Shown: positions 27,043 through 35,953, counted from the stretch's first letter. The stretch: 64,000 bases of DNA from an uncultured Oscillospiraceae bacterium (GCA_910587645.1 CAJUNA010000024.1:25381-89380), one strand, 5' to 3'. Notes: a model not told the origin generated them from the letters alone. Translations and numbers: made by a program.

Positions 27043-27753
27043 CTAATAAAGCCAAATATAGGCGTGGTGGGTCACCTTCCCGCCGCTTTCACTCTGGATT
27101 TCCACCTGATGCTTCCCCTCCGCCATCCAGGTGTAGAAGCAGCGGATGGGAGTTCCCAGCAAAATCTGCCGCCGGAAAGCGATTTCTACCGTGCTGGGCA
27201 GATTCCGGTAGACTTCCTCCGGCAGGGCTTCCACGGCATAGTCCAGATAGTGCAGGTTGTTTACGTGGAAGTTGGTGTCAATATCCCGCCGTCCCACCAC
27301 CGTTTCAAAAGCGGCGGGCGTATCCGGCGGTGTCTTGCCGCTGCTGGGTATAGGCCGGCTGCCAAATAGATCCAGTGTGTCCATCTGTTCCTGGTAGGCC
27401 GTGCGTATCTCCTCGTTCACCCGGGCCAGCCGTCCGGTATGAATGTCCATCGGCACCCACCGGCTGGTTCCCCGGGCAATCTCTTCATCTCCGCACCAGA
27501 CCAAAAAGTCCCGGTCTGACAAAAACCCGTCCATGGTTCTGGGCCAGGTCTCCACCCGCAGCGCCGTCCGCCAGCATGGGCGGCTTTTCAGCTCCACCCG
27601 CCAGCCGGTGAGAATCCAATGAACCCCGGTCCGTGGGATATCCTTGAGGCCATACCCCACGTCATCGGACGCCACGGAAGCGGCTTCCTGCAAAATGCGC
27701 AGAAGCCCCTGATGGCTTATCCGCTGGTCCGGCTCCAGGTCGGAATAGGCCAC
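27043..27753 (-). CDS. Acyl-[ACP] thioesterase (5' end uncertain)
   Basis: 236 aa from GTG 27753, which has no SD. The conserved N-terminal residues (HYIYETAV) are open in-frame upstream but lack a start codon. An SD-linked ATG at 27786 is in the +1 frame. Confidence 0.75.
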   Translation of the reverse strand: MAYSDLEPDQRISHQGLLRILQEAASVASDDVGYGLKDIPRTGVHWILTGWRVELKSRPCWRTALRVETWPRTMDGFLSDRDFLVWCGDEEIARGTSRWVPMDIHTGRLARVNEEIRTAYQEQMDTLDLFGSRPIPSSGKTPPDTPAAFETVVGRRDIDTNFHVNNLHYLDYAVEALPEEVYRNLPSTVEIAFRRQILLGTPIRCFYTWMAEGKHQVEIQSESGGKVTHHAYIWLY

Positions 27754-27813
27754 GGCAGTTTCGTAAATATAGTGCGCCGTATTTCATCACTCCCGCAATT
27801 GAAAGTAACCTCT

Positions 27814-27842
27814 ATTGTACTCCCAATCGGTCGCGTTGTCAA
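27814..27842 (-). promoter_or_regulatory. Sigma-A type promoter for the thioesterase gene
   Basis: Minus strand reads TTGACA, 17 nt, TACAAT. Confidence 0.6.
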
Positions 27843-27858
27843 AGGCAAGTTTACCGCT

Positions 27859-27897
27859 GGAAAAGGGAGGCCGCCAAACCCTGTTTCGCGGCCTCCC
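27859..27897 (-). terminator. Intrinsic terminator after the SEDS gene
   Basis: Minus strand reads GGGAGGCCGC..GGCGGCCTCCC followed by TTTTCC. Confidence 0.75.
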
Positions 27898-27929
27898 AAT
27901 ATACGCTTAGAAATGATATTCCCTGTCTT

Positions 27930-29099
27930 TCAGGTTTTCCGCAGCCAATCCGGCCTTGTCCTGCTGCGTACGCCGGAGATGATGCCCATAGCGGCATAAA
28001 GGGAGACGATAGAGCTTCCTCCATAACTGAAAAACGGGAGCGTCAGCCCGATTACCGGCATGACAAACAGGCACATGCCAATATTTTCCACCGTCTGGAA
28101 GATCAGCATAGAACCGAACCCGATGCAGATCAAGGCATCCATGCTGCTTTTGGCCAGCCGCGCGGTCTGAAAGCACCGGTAGACCAGCAGGAACTCCAGC
28201 ACAATGACCACCAGGCAGCCCACGAACCCCAGCTCCTCGCCGCAGACGCAGAAAATGAAGTCCGTTTGCCGTGCCGGGAGGCTTCCCTTCGCCCCCTGAG
28301 TCTGGATCCCTTGAAAAAGCCCCTGGCCAAACAGGCCGCCGCTGCCCAGGGCCAGCAGGCCCCGCCGCTGCTGCCAGCCCACGTCTCCGGCGTTGATGTA
28401 GCTGTGGTCAAAAACCACATGAAACCGGTCTACCCAGTACTGGGGGAGTTTCTCAAACACCGCCAGCAGGCCAACGCCTACCCCCAGCGTACCGAAGCCA
28501 AGGGCGAACCAATACCACGCCAGCCCTGCCGCCAGCGCCATCCCAGCGTACATCACCAGATATACCAGGCCGCTGCCCGCATCCTTGGAGAAAAAATAAA
28601 TCCAGACGAACATCAGCCCCGCGTGGGCCGCAGGGAAGAGCAGGGAACCGAGCCCCTTCATCCGCCGGTTTTCCCGAAACCAGGCCAACTGCTTCGCCAG
28701 CAGGACGGTGTAGGTCAGCTTCACCACCTCTGAAGGCTGGATGCTGAAGGGGATGCCAGGAAATTTAAGCCATGCCCGGTTGCCGGTGCCATCGTCCACG
28801 CCAAAGAACCGCAGCAGCGCAATAAATCCCAATCCAAAGAGGAAAAACAGGTGCCATTTTTCCGAAAAATGCTCCATATCAATGTTGGAAAAGATAAAAT
28901 AAGCTCCAATACCGATCACAGCCCCGCCCCCCTGGGTAATGATCCGCCGCAGTTGGGTGGAGGGGGCCAGATAGTTGGTGGCGCTGGTAATTAGAACCAG
29001 TCCGAGAGCTGTACACACGATGCACAGCCCCAGTAGCTTCATATCAGCCCGCCGGACGATGTCCTGGACGGATTGCAGCATTCGTTTGAAAATGGTCAC
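27930..29099 (-). CDS. FtsW/RodA/SpoVE (SEDS) family peptidoglycan glycosyltransferase
   Basis: 389 aa polytopic protein with family motifs (LPARQTDFIF, LPFFSYGGSS). Confidence 0.9.
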   Translation of the reverse strand: MTIFKRMLQSVQDIVRRADMKLLGLCIVCTALGLVLITSATNYLAPSTQLRRIITQGGGAVIGIGAYFIFSNIDMEHFSEKWHLFFLFGLGFIALLRFFGVDDGTGNRAWLKFPGIPFSIQPSEVVKLTYTVLLAKQLAWFRENRRMKGLGSLLFPAAHAGLMFVWIYFFSKDAGSGLVYLVMYAGMALAAGLAWYWFALGFGTLGVGVGLLAVFEKLPQYWVDRFHVVFDHSYINAGDVGWQQRRGLLALGSGGLFGQGLFQGIQTQGAKGSLPARQTDFIFCVCGEELGFVGCLVVIVLEFLLVYRCFQTARLAKSSMDALICIGFGSMLIFQTVENIGMCLFVMPVIGLTLPFFSYGGSSIVSLYAAMGIISGVRSRTRPDWLRKT

Positions 29100-29510
29100 A
29101 AATTTTCCTCCAGAGAAAAGATCGCTGTTAGTTTACCACATCACGAAACTTCTGTAAACCATTTTTCCAGCAAAAATCCCGCTGCGTATAAGGGGCAGTG
29201 ACGCGTTCTGACGTTGGTTTTCTTCTGCTCCTGCTCATAGTCGCGGGACAGCTTGCCCGATATATTGTCCTCATATAAATTAGGATAACTTTTTGTTGGG
29301 ATAATTGCGTTGGATAATCCAATGCAGGCTTTTCCAACATAGGGAAATCCAAGATAGGTAGCTTATGCTCACCCATAATCACAATTTTGTTACACAGTAG
29401 AAAGGCATTTTTTGGGGGGGAAGGTATAAATCCCTTACCGCGCGGAAAACGCACCCGCAAAGCCGCCTGTACCAATGCTTTTTCATCCCATACTGCGTAA
29501 CAAAGGGGAT

Positions 29511-29554
29511 AAAAAAAGCGGGCAAGAAACGCTTTGTTTCCTACCCGCCTTTTT
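29511..29554 (-). terminator. Terminator downstream of the MATE gene (bidirectional architecture)
   Basis: A7 run, then a 13-bp stem GCGGGCAAGAAAC / GTTTCCTACCCGC (2 mismatches), then CTTTTT. Confidence 0.6.
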
Positions 29555-29589
29555 CTGCACCCCGTATGGCAGCTACCCTTCCAGCACTT

Positions 29590-31008
29590 TTATTTCGCTT
29601 TTTCCGGCGGCAGGTCATCCGGCCGCATGCCATGGATACCGCATTTGGCGTAAGCCCGTTTCCGGATATAGAAGAAAAACGCGATATGGACGGCGGCGGT
29701 AATTGTCCAGCTCACGGGGTAAGACAGATACAGCATTTGCGGCGTGTGGTACACCTGGAAGATGGTAGCCACCCACAGCAGCCTGACGCCGCAGGCCCCC
29801 ACCATAGACACAATCATCGGCACCACGGAATACCCCAGCCCCCGCAGCGCGCCCACCATCACGTCCATCACGCCGCACAGGCAGTACAGGCTGCACACAT
29901 ATTTCAGCCGCAGCATTGCTTGGGCAATCACATCTTCCTCGCCGGGGGCGTAAATGGAAGCCAGCGGATGCCCAAAAAACACCGCCAGGTTCCCCAGCAC
30001 CAGCCCAAAGGCCACGGCGTAAATCTGACAGAGAAACAAAGAGCGGTCCACCCGCCTGCACTCCCCCGCGCCATAGTTCTGACTGGTAAAGGTCAGGTCG
30101 GTCTGGTAAAAGGAGTTCATAGACACATATACAAACCCCTCGATATTCGCGGACGCGGAGGATCCAGCGATGGTAGCTGTAGAGCCGAAAGAGTTGATGG
30201 AGGACTGAATGACCACGTTGGACAGGGAAAACACAATCCCCTGGAAACCGGCGGGCAAGCCCACCTGCAAGATCCGCTTCACCACCCGTTTGTCCATCCG
30301 CAGCGCCCTCAGATCCAGATGCAGCACCCCCTGGTCCTTCATCAGGCAGCCCAGTACCAGCGCGGCAGAGACCACCTGGGAGATGATGGTCGCCAGCGCA
30401 ACCCCCGCCACACTCATCTGAAATACAATGACGAACAGCAGGTTCAGTGCCACATTGGTAACCCCGGCGATGGCCAGGAAATACAGCGGCCGCCGTGTGT
30501 CCCCCTGCGCGCGCAGGATCGCCGCGCCGAAGTTATAGAGCATATTGGCCGGCATCCCGGCAAAATAAATCCGCAGGTAAACCGTTGCCAGGTCAATGAC
30601 ATCCGGCGCGGAAGCGGTCCACACCAATAGCTGCCGCGCCAGCGTCACCCCGATCACCGTCAGCAGCGCGCCGCTGATGACCGCGATTGCGATGGCGGTG
30701 TGTACGCTGCTGCGCACATCCTCTTCCCGGCCCGCACCCAGATCCCGGGCCACCACCACGTTGGTGCCCACGGAGAACCCCACAAACAGGTTCACCAGCA
30801 GGTTAATCAACGCGCTGGTGGATCCCACCGCCGCCAGGGCTTCCTTTCCCGCGCAGCGCCCCACCACCACCACATCGGCGGCGTTAAACAAGAGCTGCAA
30901 CAAGCTGGAGAGCATCAATGGCAGGGCAAACAGCAGGATTTTCCCTGCCAGGGGGCCGTGTACCATATCAATCTGGTATCCCGCCTGTTTCTGTTTTTGC
31001 GTTCCCAT
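29590..31008 (-). CDS. MATE family efflux transporter
   Basis: 472 aa from ATG 31008 (AGAGG upstream). 12-TM pattern with an N-terminal GPLAGKILLFALPLMLSSLLQLLFNAADVVVVGR. Confidence 0.88.
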   Translation of the reverse strand: MGTQKQKQAGYQIDMVHGPLAGKILLFALPLMLSSLLQLLFNAADVVVVGRCAGKEALAAVGSTSALINLLVNLFVGFSVGTNVVVARDLGAGREEDVRSSVHTAIAIAVISGALLTVIGVTLARQLLVWTASAPDVIDLATVYLRIYFAGMPANMLYNFGAAILRAQGDTRRPLYFLAIAGVTNVALNLLFVIVFQMSVAGVALATIISQVVSAALVLGCLMKDQGVLHLDLRALRMDKRVVKRILQVGLPAGFQGIVFSLSNVVIQSSINSFGSTATIAGSSASANIEGFVYVSMNSFYQTDLTFTSQNYGAGECRRVDRSLFLCQIYAVAFGLVLGNLAVFFGHPLASIYAPGEEDVIAQAMLRLKYVCSLYCLCGVMDVMVGALRGLGYSVVPMIVSMVGACGVRLLWVATIFQVYHTPQMLYLSYPVSWTITAAVHIAFFFYIRKRAYAKCGIHGMRPDDLPPEKAK

Positions 31009-31177
31009 AGACAGACCTCTTTCTTCCCCCAACGGGGGTCGTAATCGGCATTAAGCCAATTATGCCATAAACCACCGGAAAGGACAACCCCCAAACCGGG
31101 AAAAATGGGCCAAAAACGAACCATATTTCCTCCGGCCCTTTGTCGAAAGTTTTCGGGGAAAATTTTCACGCCCCCTC

Positions 31178-31217
31178 TTGACAAACTGTCTATACTGTGT
31201 ATACTGTTTATATACAG
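31178..31217 (+). promoter_or_regulatory. Promoter and repeat-dense operator candidate for the GntR-ABC operon
   Basis: TTGACA (31178-31183) and TATACT (31200-31205). Direct repeat TATACTGT x2 and the partial palindrome CTGTTTATATACAG overlap the -10 and the transcription start region. Confidence 0.5.
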
Positions 31218-31235
31218 ATGAACAGAGGTGCACAC

Positions 31236-31610
31236 ATGGACATCATCATCAGCAACTCCGGCGGACAGCCCATCTACGAACAGATCTGCCGCCAGATCAA
31301 GGGGGCCATCGCCACCGGGAAGCTCCCCCCCGGCGAACCCCTGCCCTCTATCCGCAGCCTAGCCCGGGATTTGCGTATCAGCGTGATTACCACCAAGCGG
31401 GCCTACGAGGAACTGGAGCGGGATGGCTTCATCCAAACGGTGGCGGGAAAGGGCAGCTTCGTAGCCCAGCAAGACCTGGAGCTGGCTAAGGAGAGCAGCC
31501 TTCGTGAGATTGAGGAGCATCTCACCGCCGCCTTGGAGCTGTCGCGGCAGATCGGAATGCCGCTGGAGGAACTGAATTCTATACTTAATGTATTATCAGA
31601 GGAGGAATAA
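31236..31610 (+). CDS. GntR-family (YtrA-subfamily) transcriptional regulator
   Basis: 124 aa from ATG 31236 (GAGGTG upstream). Winged HTH (PSIRSLARDLRISVITTKRAYEELERDGFI) and a short C-terminal domain typical of YtrA-like regulators. Confidence 0.88.
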   Translation: MDIIISNSGGQPIYEQICRQIKGAIATGKLPPGEPLPSIRSLARDLRISVITTKRAYEELERDGFIQTVAGKGSFVAQQDLELAKESSLREIEEHLTAALELSRQIGMPLEELNSILNVLSEEE

Positions 31611-31615
31611 ACGAA

Positions 31616-32461
31616 ATGGAAACAAACGCCATTGAGATCAGGGGCCTAACCAAGCGTTATAAGGATTTCGCCCTGGAAGATTTAAACCTGAGCCTGCCTG
31701 CCGGCTGCGTCCTGGGCCTGGTGGGCGAAAACGGCGCCGGCAAGAGCACCACCATCCGCCTTATCATGGACGCCCTGGAGCGGGACAGCGGCACGGTGAA
31801 GGTTCTGGGCGTAGACAACCAAAGCCAGGCGTTCCTGGATGTAAAGGGGGAGATCGGCGTAGTATTGGACGAAACCTACGTGCCGGAGGTTATCACCGCC
31901 AAGCAGATGGGAAAGATCATGGCCGGGACCTTCAAAAACTGGGATCAGGCAGCCTACGACGGCTGGCTGGAGCGGTTCAGGCTCCCCCGGGACAAAAAAT
32001 TCAAGGACTACTCCCGCGGCATGACCATGAAGCTGGGCATTGCCGCCGCCCTGAGCCACCATGCAAAGCTCCTGCTGCTGGACGAAGCCACCGGCGGCCT
32101 GGATCCCATGGTCCGTGAGGAGCTCTTGGAGGTATTCGCGGACTTCGCCGCCCAGGACGGCCACGCGGTGCTATTGTCCAGCCACATTGTCAGCGACCTG
32201 GAACGTATCTGTGACTACATCGCCTTTCTCCACAAAGGCCGCCTGTTGCTCTGCGAGGAAAAGGACGTCCTGCTGGACCGCTACGGCGTCCTGAAATGCA
32301 CCCGGGAACAGCTCGCCAACATCCCCCAGGAGGCCATTCATGGCAAGCGGGTAGGGAACTACGGCGTAGAAGCACTGGTAGAGCGGGGGTTCATGCCCCG
32401 GGACGCGGTGGTGGACCGCGCAAACCTGGAAGATATCATTCTCTATCTGTCGAAGGAATAA
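31616..32461 (+). CDS. ABC transporter ATP-binding protein
   Basis: 281 aa with Walker A GENGAGKST, the signature-like region YSRGMTMKL, and Walker B LLLLDEATGGLD. Confidence 0.92.
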   Translation: METNAIEIRGLTKRYKDFALEDLNLSLPAGCVLGLVGENGAGKSTTIRLIMDALERDSGTVKVLGVDNQSQAFLDVKGEIGVVLDETYVPEVITAKQMGKIMAGTFKNWDQAAYDGWLERFRLPRDKKFKDYSRGMTMKLGIAAALSHHAKLLLLDEATGGLDPMVREELLEVFADFAAQDGHAVLLSSHIVSDLERICDYIAFLHKGRLLLCEEKDVLLDRYGVLKCTREQLANIPQEAIHGKRVGNYGVEALVERGFMPRDAVVDRANLEDIILYLSKE

Positions 32462-32473
32462 GGAGGAAAAAAC

Positions 32474-33109
32474 ATGACCGGTTTACTAAAAAAAGACCTG
32501 TTTGTAGCGGACAAAACCAGCCGCCTGCTGCTGGTGTTAGCCCTGCTGTTCAGCCTGATCCCCCGTTTTGAAACGCTGGGCAATACCTATGCCATGATGC
32601 TGGCTTTCATGCTGCCGCTAAGTTCCATCGCCTACGATGAGAAATGCAAATGGGACCGCTACGCTTCCATGCTGCCCTACCGCGCCAGCCAGATCGTATG
32701 GAGCAAATACCTGCTGAGCTACCTCTATACGCTGCTGGGGGAAGCCATCATTTTCCTCAGCCCGCTGCTCCGCCAGATGTTCACGCGCGCCGCTGTGGAC
32801 TGGCCTGGGGTATTCCAGATGAACGCCATGCTGGCCATCGTCATGGTACTGATCGTCTCCCTGGGCCTGCCGGCCCTGTACCGTTTCGGCGCCGAGAAAG
32901 GGCGGCTGGTGATGTTGCTGCTCCTGGCCATCGGCACAGGAACTGCGGTAGCCGTTACTAAGGCGGTGATTGGTGATCTCAGGATCACCATGCCGCCCGT
33001 CCCCGTCCTGCTCGCCGCGTCTGTGCCAGCGGCAGCCGCCGTAACATATTTCTCCTTCCGCCTAAGCGTCCACTTCTACAAAAAGCGCCAAAACGGAGCC
33101 TATCATTAA
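32474..33109 (+). CDS. ABC-2 type transporter permease
   Basis: 211 aa with about 6 hydrophobic segments. Adjacent to the ATPase and starts with MTGLLKKDL, as in ABC-2 permeases. Confidence 0.75.
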   Translation: MTGLLKKDLFVADKTSRLLLVLALLFSLIPRFETLGNTYAMMLAFMLPLSSIAYDEKCKWDRYASMLPYRASQIVWSKYLLSYLYTLLGEAIIFLSPLLRQMFTRAAVDWPGVFQMNAMLAIVMVLIVSLGLPALYRFGAEKGRLVMLLLLAIGTGTAVAVTKAVIGDLRITMPPVPVLLAASVPAAAAVTYFSFRLSVHFYKKRQNGAYH

Positions 33110-33140
33110 CCCGGAAGCCAACAGAGAGGAGAGGAACCCT

Positions 33141-33773
33141 ATGCTGTCTCTTCTGCGAAAAGACTGGTACACCGTGCGGGGCCAGGTCATCTTTTACACC
33201 ATCATGTGGGCGGCCTTAGCAGGCATGCTTGCCTGGGTTCCAGAGAAGCACCCCACAGTAAGCACCCTTATCCCCCTGCTGTCAGCCAACCTGGTGGTGC
33301 TCACCATTGACGCGGACGAACGCTGGCGCTGGGACCGCTTCGCCGCCATGTCACCCCTGCGCCCCTGGCAGATCGTGCTGGCAAAATACGTGCTTGCATA
33401 CAGCGTCCTGGCATTGATCGTTGCCACAGGCCTTCTGGCAGGCTGGGTCAGCACCCTTGGGAAAGGCGGGCAGCCAATGTGGTGGGACGCATCGCTGGTC
33501 CTGCTGGAGCTTACCACCTGGCTGCCCCTGCGCTACCGGTTTGAGCGGGGAAAGTCCGCCATTTTCCTAATACTTATCTGGGGGGGCATCGCGGCGCTGC
33601 TGCTGAACCCATGGGGGCTGGCCATCGCGGACATCCTCTCCGGCTGGATGGATACCATCCCCCGCCCACTCCTGCGTCTAGGCGCCGGGGCATTCCTGCT
33701 CGTCCTGAACATCGGCTCCATCCCCCTCTCCATCCGCTTCTATACCCGCCGCCAGCGCGGATGGTACGATTGA
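33141..33773 (+). CDS. ABC-2 type transporter permease (paralogue)
   Basis: 210 aa, starts MLSLLRKDW, with the same topology as the preceding gene. Confidence 0.75.
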   Translation: MLSLLRKDWYTVRGQVIFYTIMWAALAGMLAWVPEKHPTVSTLIPLLSANLVVLTIDADERWRWDRFAAMSPLRPWQIVLAKYVLAYSVLALIVATGLLAGWVSTLGKGGQPMWWDASLVLLELTTWLPLRYRFERGKSAIFLILIWGGIAALLLNPWGLAIADILSGWMDTIPRPLLRLGAGAFLLVLNIGSIPLSIRFYTRRQRGWYD

Positions 33774-33827
33774 CGGAAAAGCGCAGGATACCGGCCTAAA
33801 ACCGCCAAAAAACTGGTTAATTCTATG

Positions 33828-33856
33828 TTGACATAAAAATTCATCCATGATACCAT
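33828..33856 (+). promoter_or_regulatory. Sigma-A type promoter for the next MATE gene
   Basis: TTGACA, 17 nt, TACCAT. Confidence 0.5.
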
Positions 33857-33857
33857 A

Positions 33858-33888
33858 GGGGCGCTGCTTGCGAAAGCGGCGCTTTTTT
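33858..33888 (+). terminator. Hairpin plus T6 run immediately after the promoter -10 (probable terminator of the upstream ABC operon)
   Basis: GGCGCTGC TTGCGAAA GCGGCGC(C) followed by TTTTTT. The 5' arm starts 2-5 nt after the -10, so transcripts from this promoter would lack the full stem. Confidence 0.55.
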
Positions 33889-33923
33889 ACGGAATTGGGA
33901 AAAAGAACAGAAAGAGGGAAACT

Positions 33924-35282
33924 ATGGAAGAGAAAGAACTGCAACCGAAAGAGAACAAAATGGGCGTGTGGCCCATCAACAAGCTGCTGGTGAGCATGTC
34001 GGTGCCCATCATGCTGAGTATGCTGGTTCAAGCCTTATATAATATAGTAGACAGCGTATTCGTCTCCCGCGTCAGCGAGGACGCGCTTAACGCGGTCAGC
34101 CTGGCCTTTCCGGTGCAAAACCTGATGATCGCGGCCGCCACCGGCACCGGAGTGGGCATTAACGCCCTGCTGAGCAAGAGCCTGGGGGAAAAACGGTTTG
34201 ACCGCGCCAACCTGACCGCGTCCAACGGCGTATTCCTCGGGATATGCAGCGCGGCGGTATTCGCGGTACTGGGCCTGCTTTTCTCCCGGACGTTCTTCCT
34301 GGTTCAGACAGATGTAGCGGAGATTGTAGAGGGCGGCACGGAATACGTGCAGATCTGTACCATCTGCTCCTTTGGCATATTTCTATCCATCAGCGTTGAG
34401 CGCCTTCTGCAAGCCACAGGCAAAACCATCTACAGCATGGTCACCCAGATGGTAGGCGCGGTCATCAACATCATATTCGACCCAATCTTCATATTTGGCT
34501 TTGGCATGGGCGTTGCCGGGGCGGCCTGGGCAACCGTGCTGGGCCAGGTCGTTGGGGCGGCGCTGGGCATCTACTTCAACGCCACACGGAACACGGAGAT
34601 CACCCTGACCTTCAAAGGCTTCCGGCCCAACGCCCACATCATTGGCCGGATCTATTCCGTTGGCATCCCATCCATCATCATGGCGTCCATTGGCTCCGTC
34701 ATGACCTTTGGCCTGAACAAAATCCTGATTGGCTTTACCACTACGGCCACGGCCATATTCGGCGTCTATTTCAAGCTGCAAAGTTTCGTTTTCATGCCGG
34801 TATTTGGACTAAACAACGGCATGGTTCCTATTGTCGCTTACAACTTCGGCGCGCAAAAGCCGGAGCGCATGATCAAAACAGTCAAGCTCGGCGTAGTATA
34901 CGCCACATCGGTAATGCTGGTGGGCGCCGCTATATTCCAGCTCATTCCCCACTTACTGCTGGGGATGTTCGAGGCATCGGACTACATGCTGGAAATTGGG
35001 ATTCCGGCCTTACGGATCATCAGCGTCCATTTCATTCTGGCCGGCTTTGGGATTGTCTGCTCCTCCTTCTTCCAGGCGTTAGGCCACGGCGTCCTCAGCC
35101 TGGTCATTTCCCTGGTCCGCCAATTGATCGTACTTCTCCCCGCGGCGTGGCTGTTAAGCCTGTCCGGCCAATTAGGCCTGGTGTGGTGGGCCTTCCCCAT
35201 AGCGGAAGTATTCTCCGTCACTTTAAGTGTAATTTTCCTGATTTACGCCTACCGCAAAGAAGTCAAGCCCCTACTGGCATAA
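33924..35282 (+). CDS. MATE family efflux transporter
   Basis: 452 aa with a 12-TM pattern and an N-terminal PINKLLVSMSVPIMLSMLVQALYNIVDSVFVSR. Confidence 0.88.
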   Translation: MEEKELQPKENKMGVWPINKLLVSMSVPIMLSMLVQALYNIVDSVFVSRVSEDALNAVSLAFPVQNLMIAAATGTGVGINALLSKSLGEKRFDRANLTASNGVFLGICSAAVFAVLGLLFSRTFFLVQTDVAEIVEGGTEYVQICTICSFGIFLSISVERLLQATGKTIYSMVTQMVGAVINIIFDPIFIFGFGMGVAGAAWATVLGQVVGAALGIYFNATRNTEITLTFKGFRPNAHIIGRIYSVGIPSIIMASIGSVMTFGLNKILIGFTTTATAIFGVYFKLQSFVFMPVFGLNNGMVPIVAYNFGAQKPERMIKTVKLGVVYATSVMLVGAAIFQLIPHLLLGMFEASDYMLEIGIPALRIISVHFILAGFGIVCSSFFQALGHGVLSLVISLVRQLIVLLPAAWLLSLSGQLGLVWWAFPIAEVFSVTLSVIFLIYAYRKEVKPLLA

Positions 35283-35286
35283 AGCA

Positions 35287-35316
35287 AGGCCGCCAGCCCA
35301 TCCCGGCTGGCGGCCT
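35287..35316 (+). terminator. 12-bp perfect hairpin after the MATE gene
   Basis: AGGCCGCCAGCC CATCCC GGCTGGCGGCCT. Only a weak T-run follows. Confidence 0.5.
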
Positions 35317-35329
35317 GTTCAGTTAGTTA

Positions 35330-35491
35330 GAACCTGTATTCATAGGCGTGGGATGCCAGATGGGCGAGGGATTTTGCCGCCCTGCAAGGCAAAAAATCGC
35401 AGGAATACTTTGTGTATTTCAAGATTTTTTAACGCAGCAGGACGGCAATAGACCTGCCCAGACGGCGTCAAACGCCTGTGAATACAGGTTC
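35330..35491. mobile_element. MITE-like element, type-1 termini with a 90-nt internal cargo (copy B)
   Basis: Same 36-nt ends as copy A. Flanked by TTA (35327-35329) and TTA (35492-35494, the complement of the nifU stop). The cargo contains the core shared with 54283-54364. Confidence 0.6.
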
Positions 35492-35953
35492 TTAATCCTC
35501 TGTCTCACCGTGCCCATGCTCATGTCCGCAGCACCCCTCGGCGCCGCATCCATCGCAGGGGTGGTCATAGGGGATCCCCTTGCGCTTGTAGTAGTCAGCG
35601 ACAGCGGCCTTTACCGCCTGTTCCGCCAGCACCGAGCAGTGGACCTTGACCGCAGGCAGCCCATCCAGGGATTCCACCACAGCCTGATTGGTCAGCTTCA
35701 AAGCCTCGCTAAGAGGTTTCCCCTTAATCATATCGGTAGCGATCGAGCTTGTCGCGATGGCAGAAGCGCAGCCGAAGGTCTGGAACTTCACATCCTCAAT
35801 TATCTCCTGGTCGCTGATTTTAAGATACATCCGCATAATATCACCGCACTTCGCGTTACCGACCTCACCAACGCCGTTAGCGTCCTCCAGGACGCCGACA
35901 TTGTGGGGATGGGCAAAGTGTTCCATTACTTTTTCACTGTATTCCATAGCCAT
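35492..35953 (-). CDS. nifU: Fe-S cluster scaffold NifU/IscU-type
   Basis: 153 aa with GNAKCGD, FGCASAIATSS and a third Cys region, plus a short Cys/His-rich C-terminal tail. Confidence 0.9.
   Translation of the reverse strand: MAMEYSEKVMEHFAHPHNVGVLEDANGVGEVGNAKCGDIMRMYLKISDQEIIEDVKFQTFGCASAIATSSIATDMIKGKPLSEALKLTNQAVVESLDGLPAVKVHCSVLAEQAVKAAVADYYKRKGIPYDHPCDGCGAEGCCGHEHGHGETED

Noticed and set aside
29128-29475. 115-aa minus-strand ORF upstream of the SEDS gene
   Set aside because: It has no SD, an odd composition and no recognisable motif. It lies in an AT-rich regulatory gap that also holds the TTATCC repeats, so it is probably non-coding.
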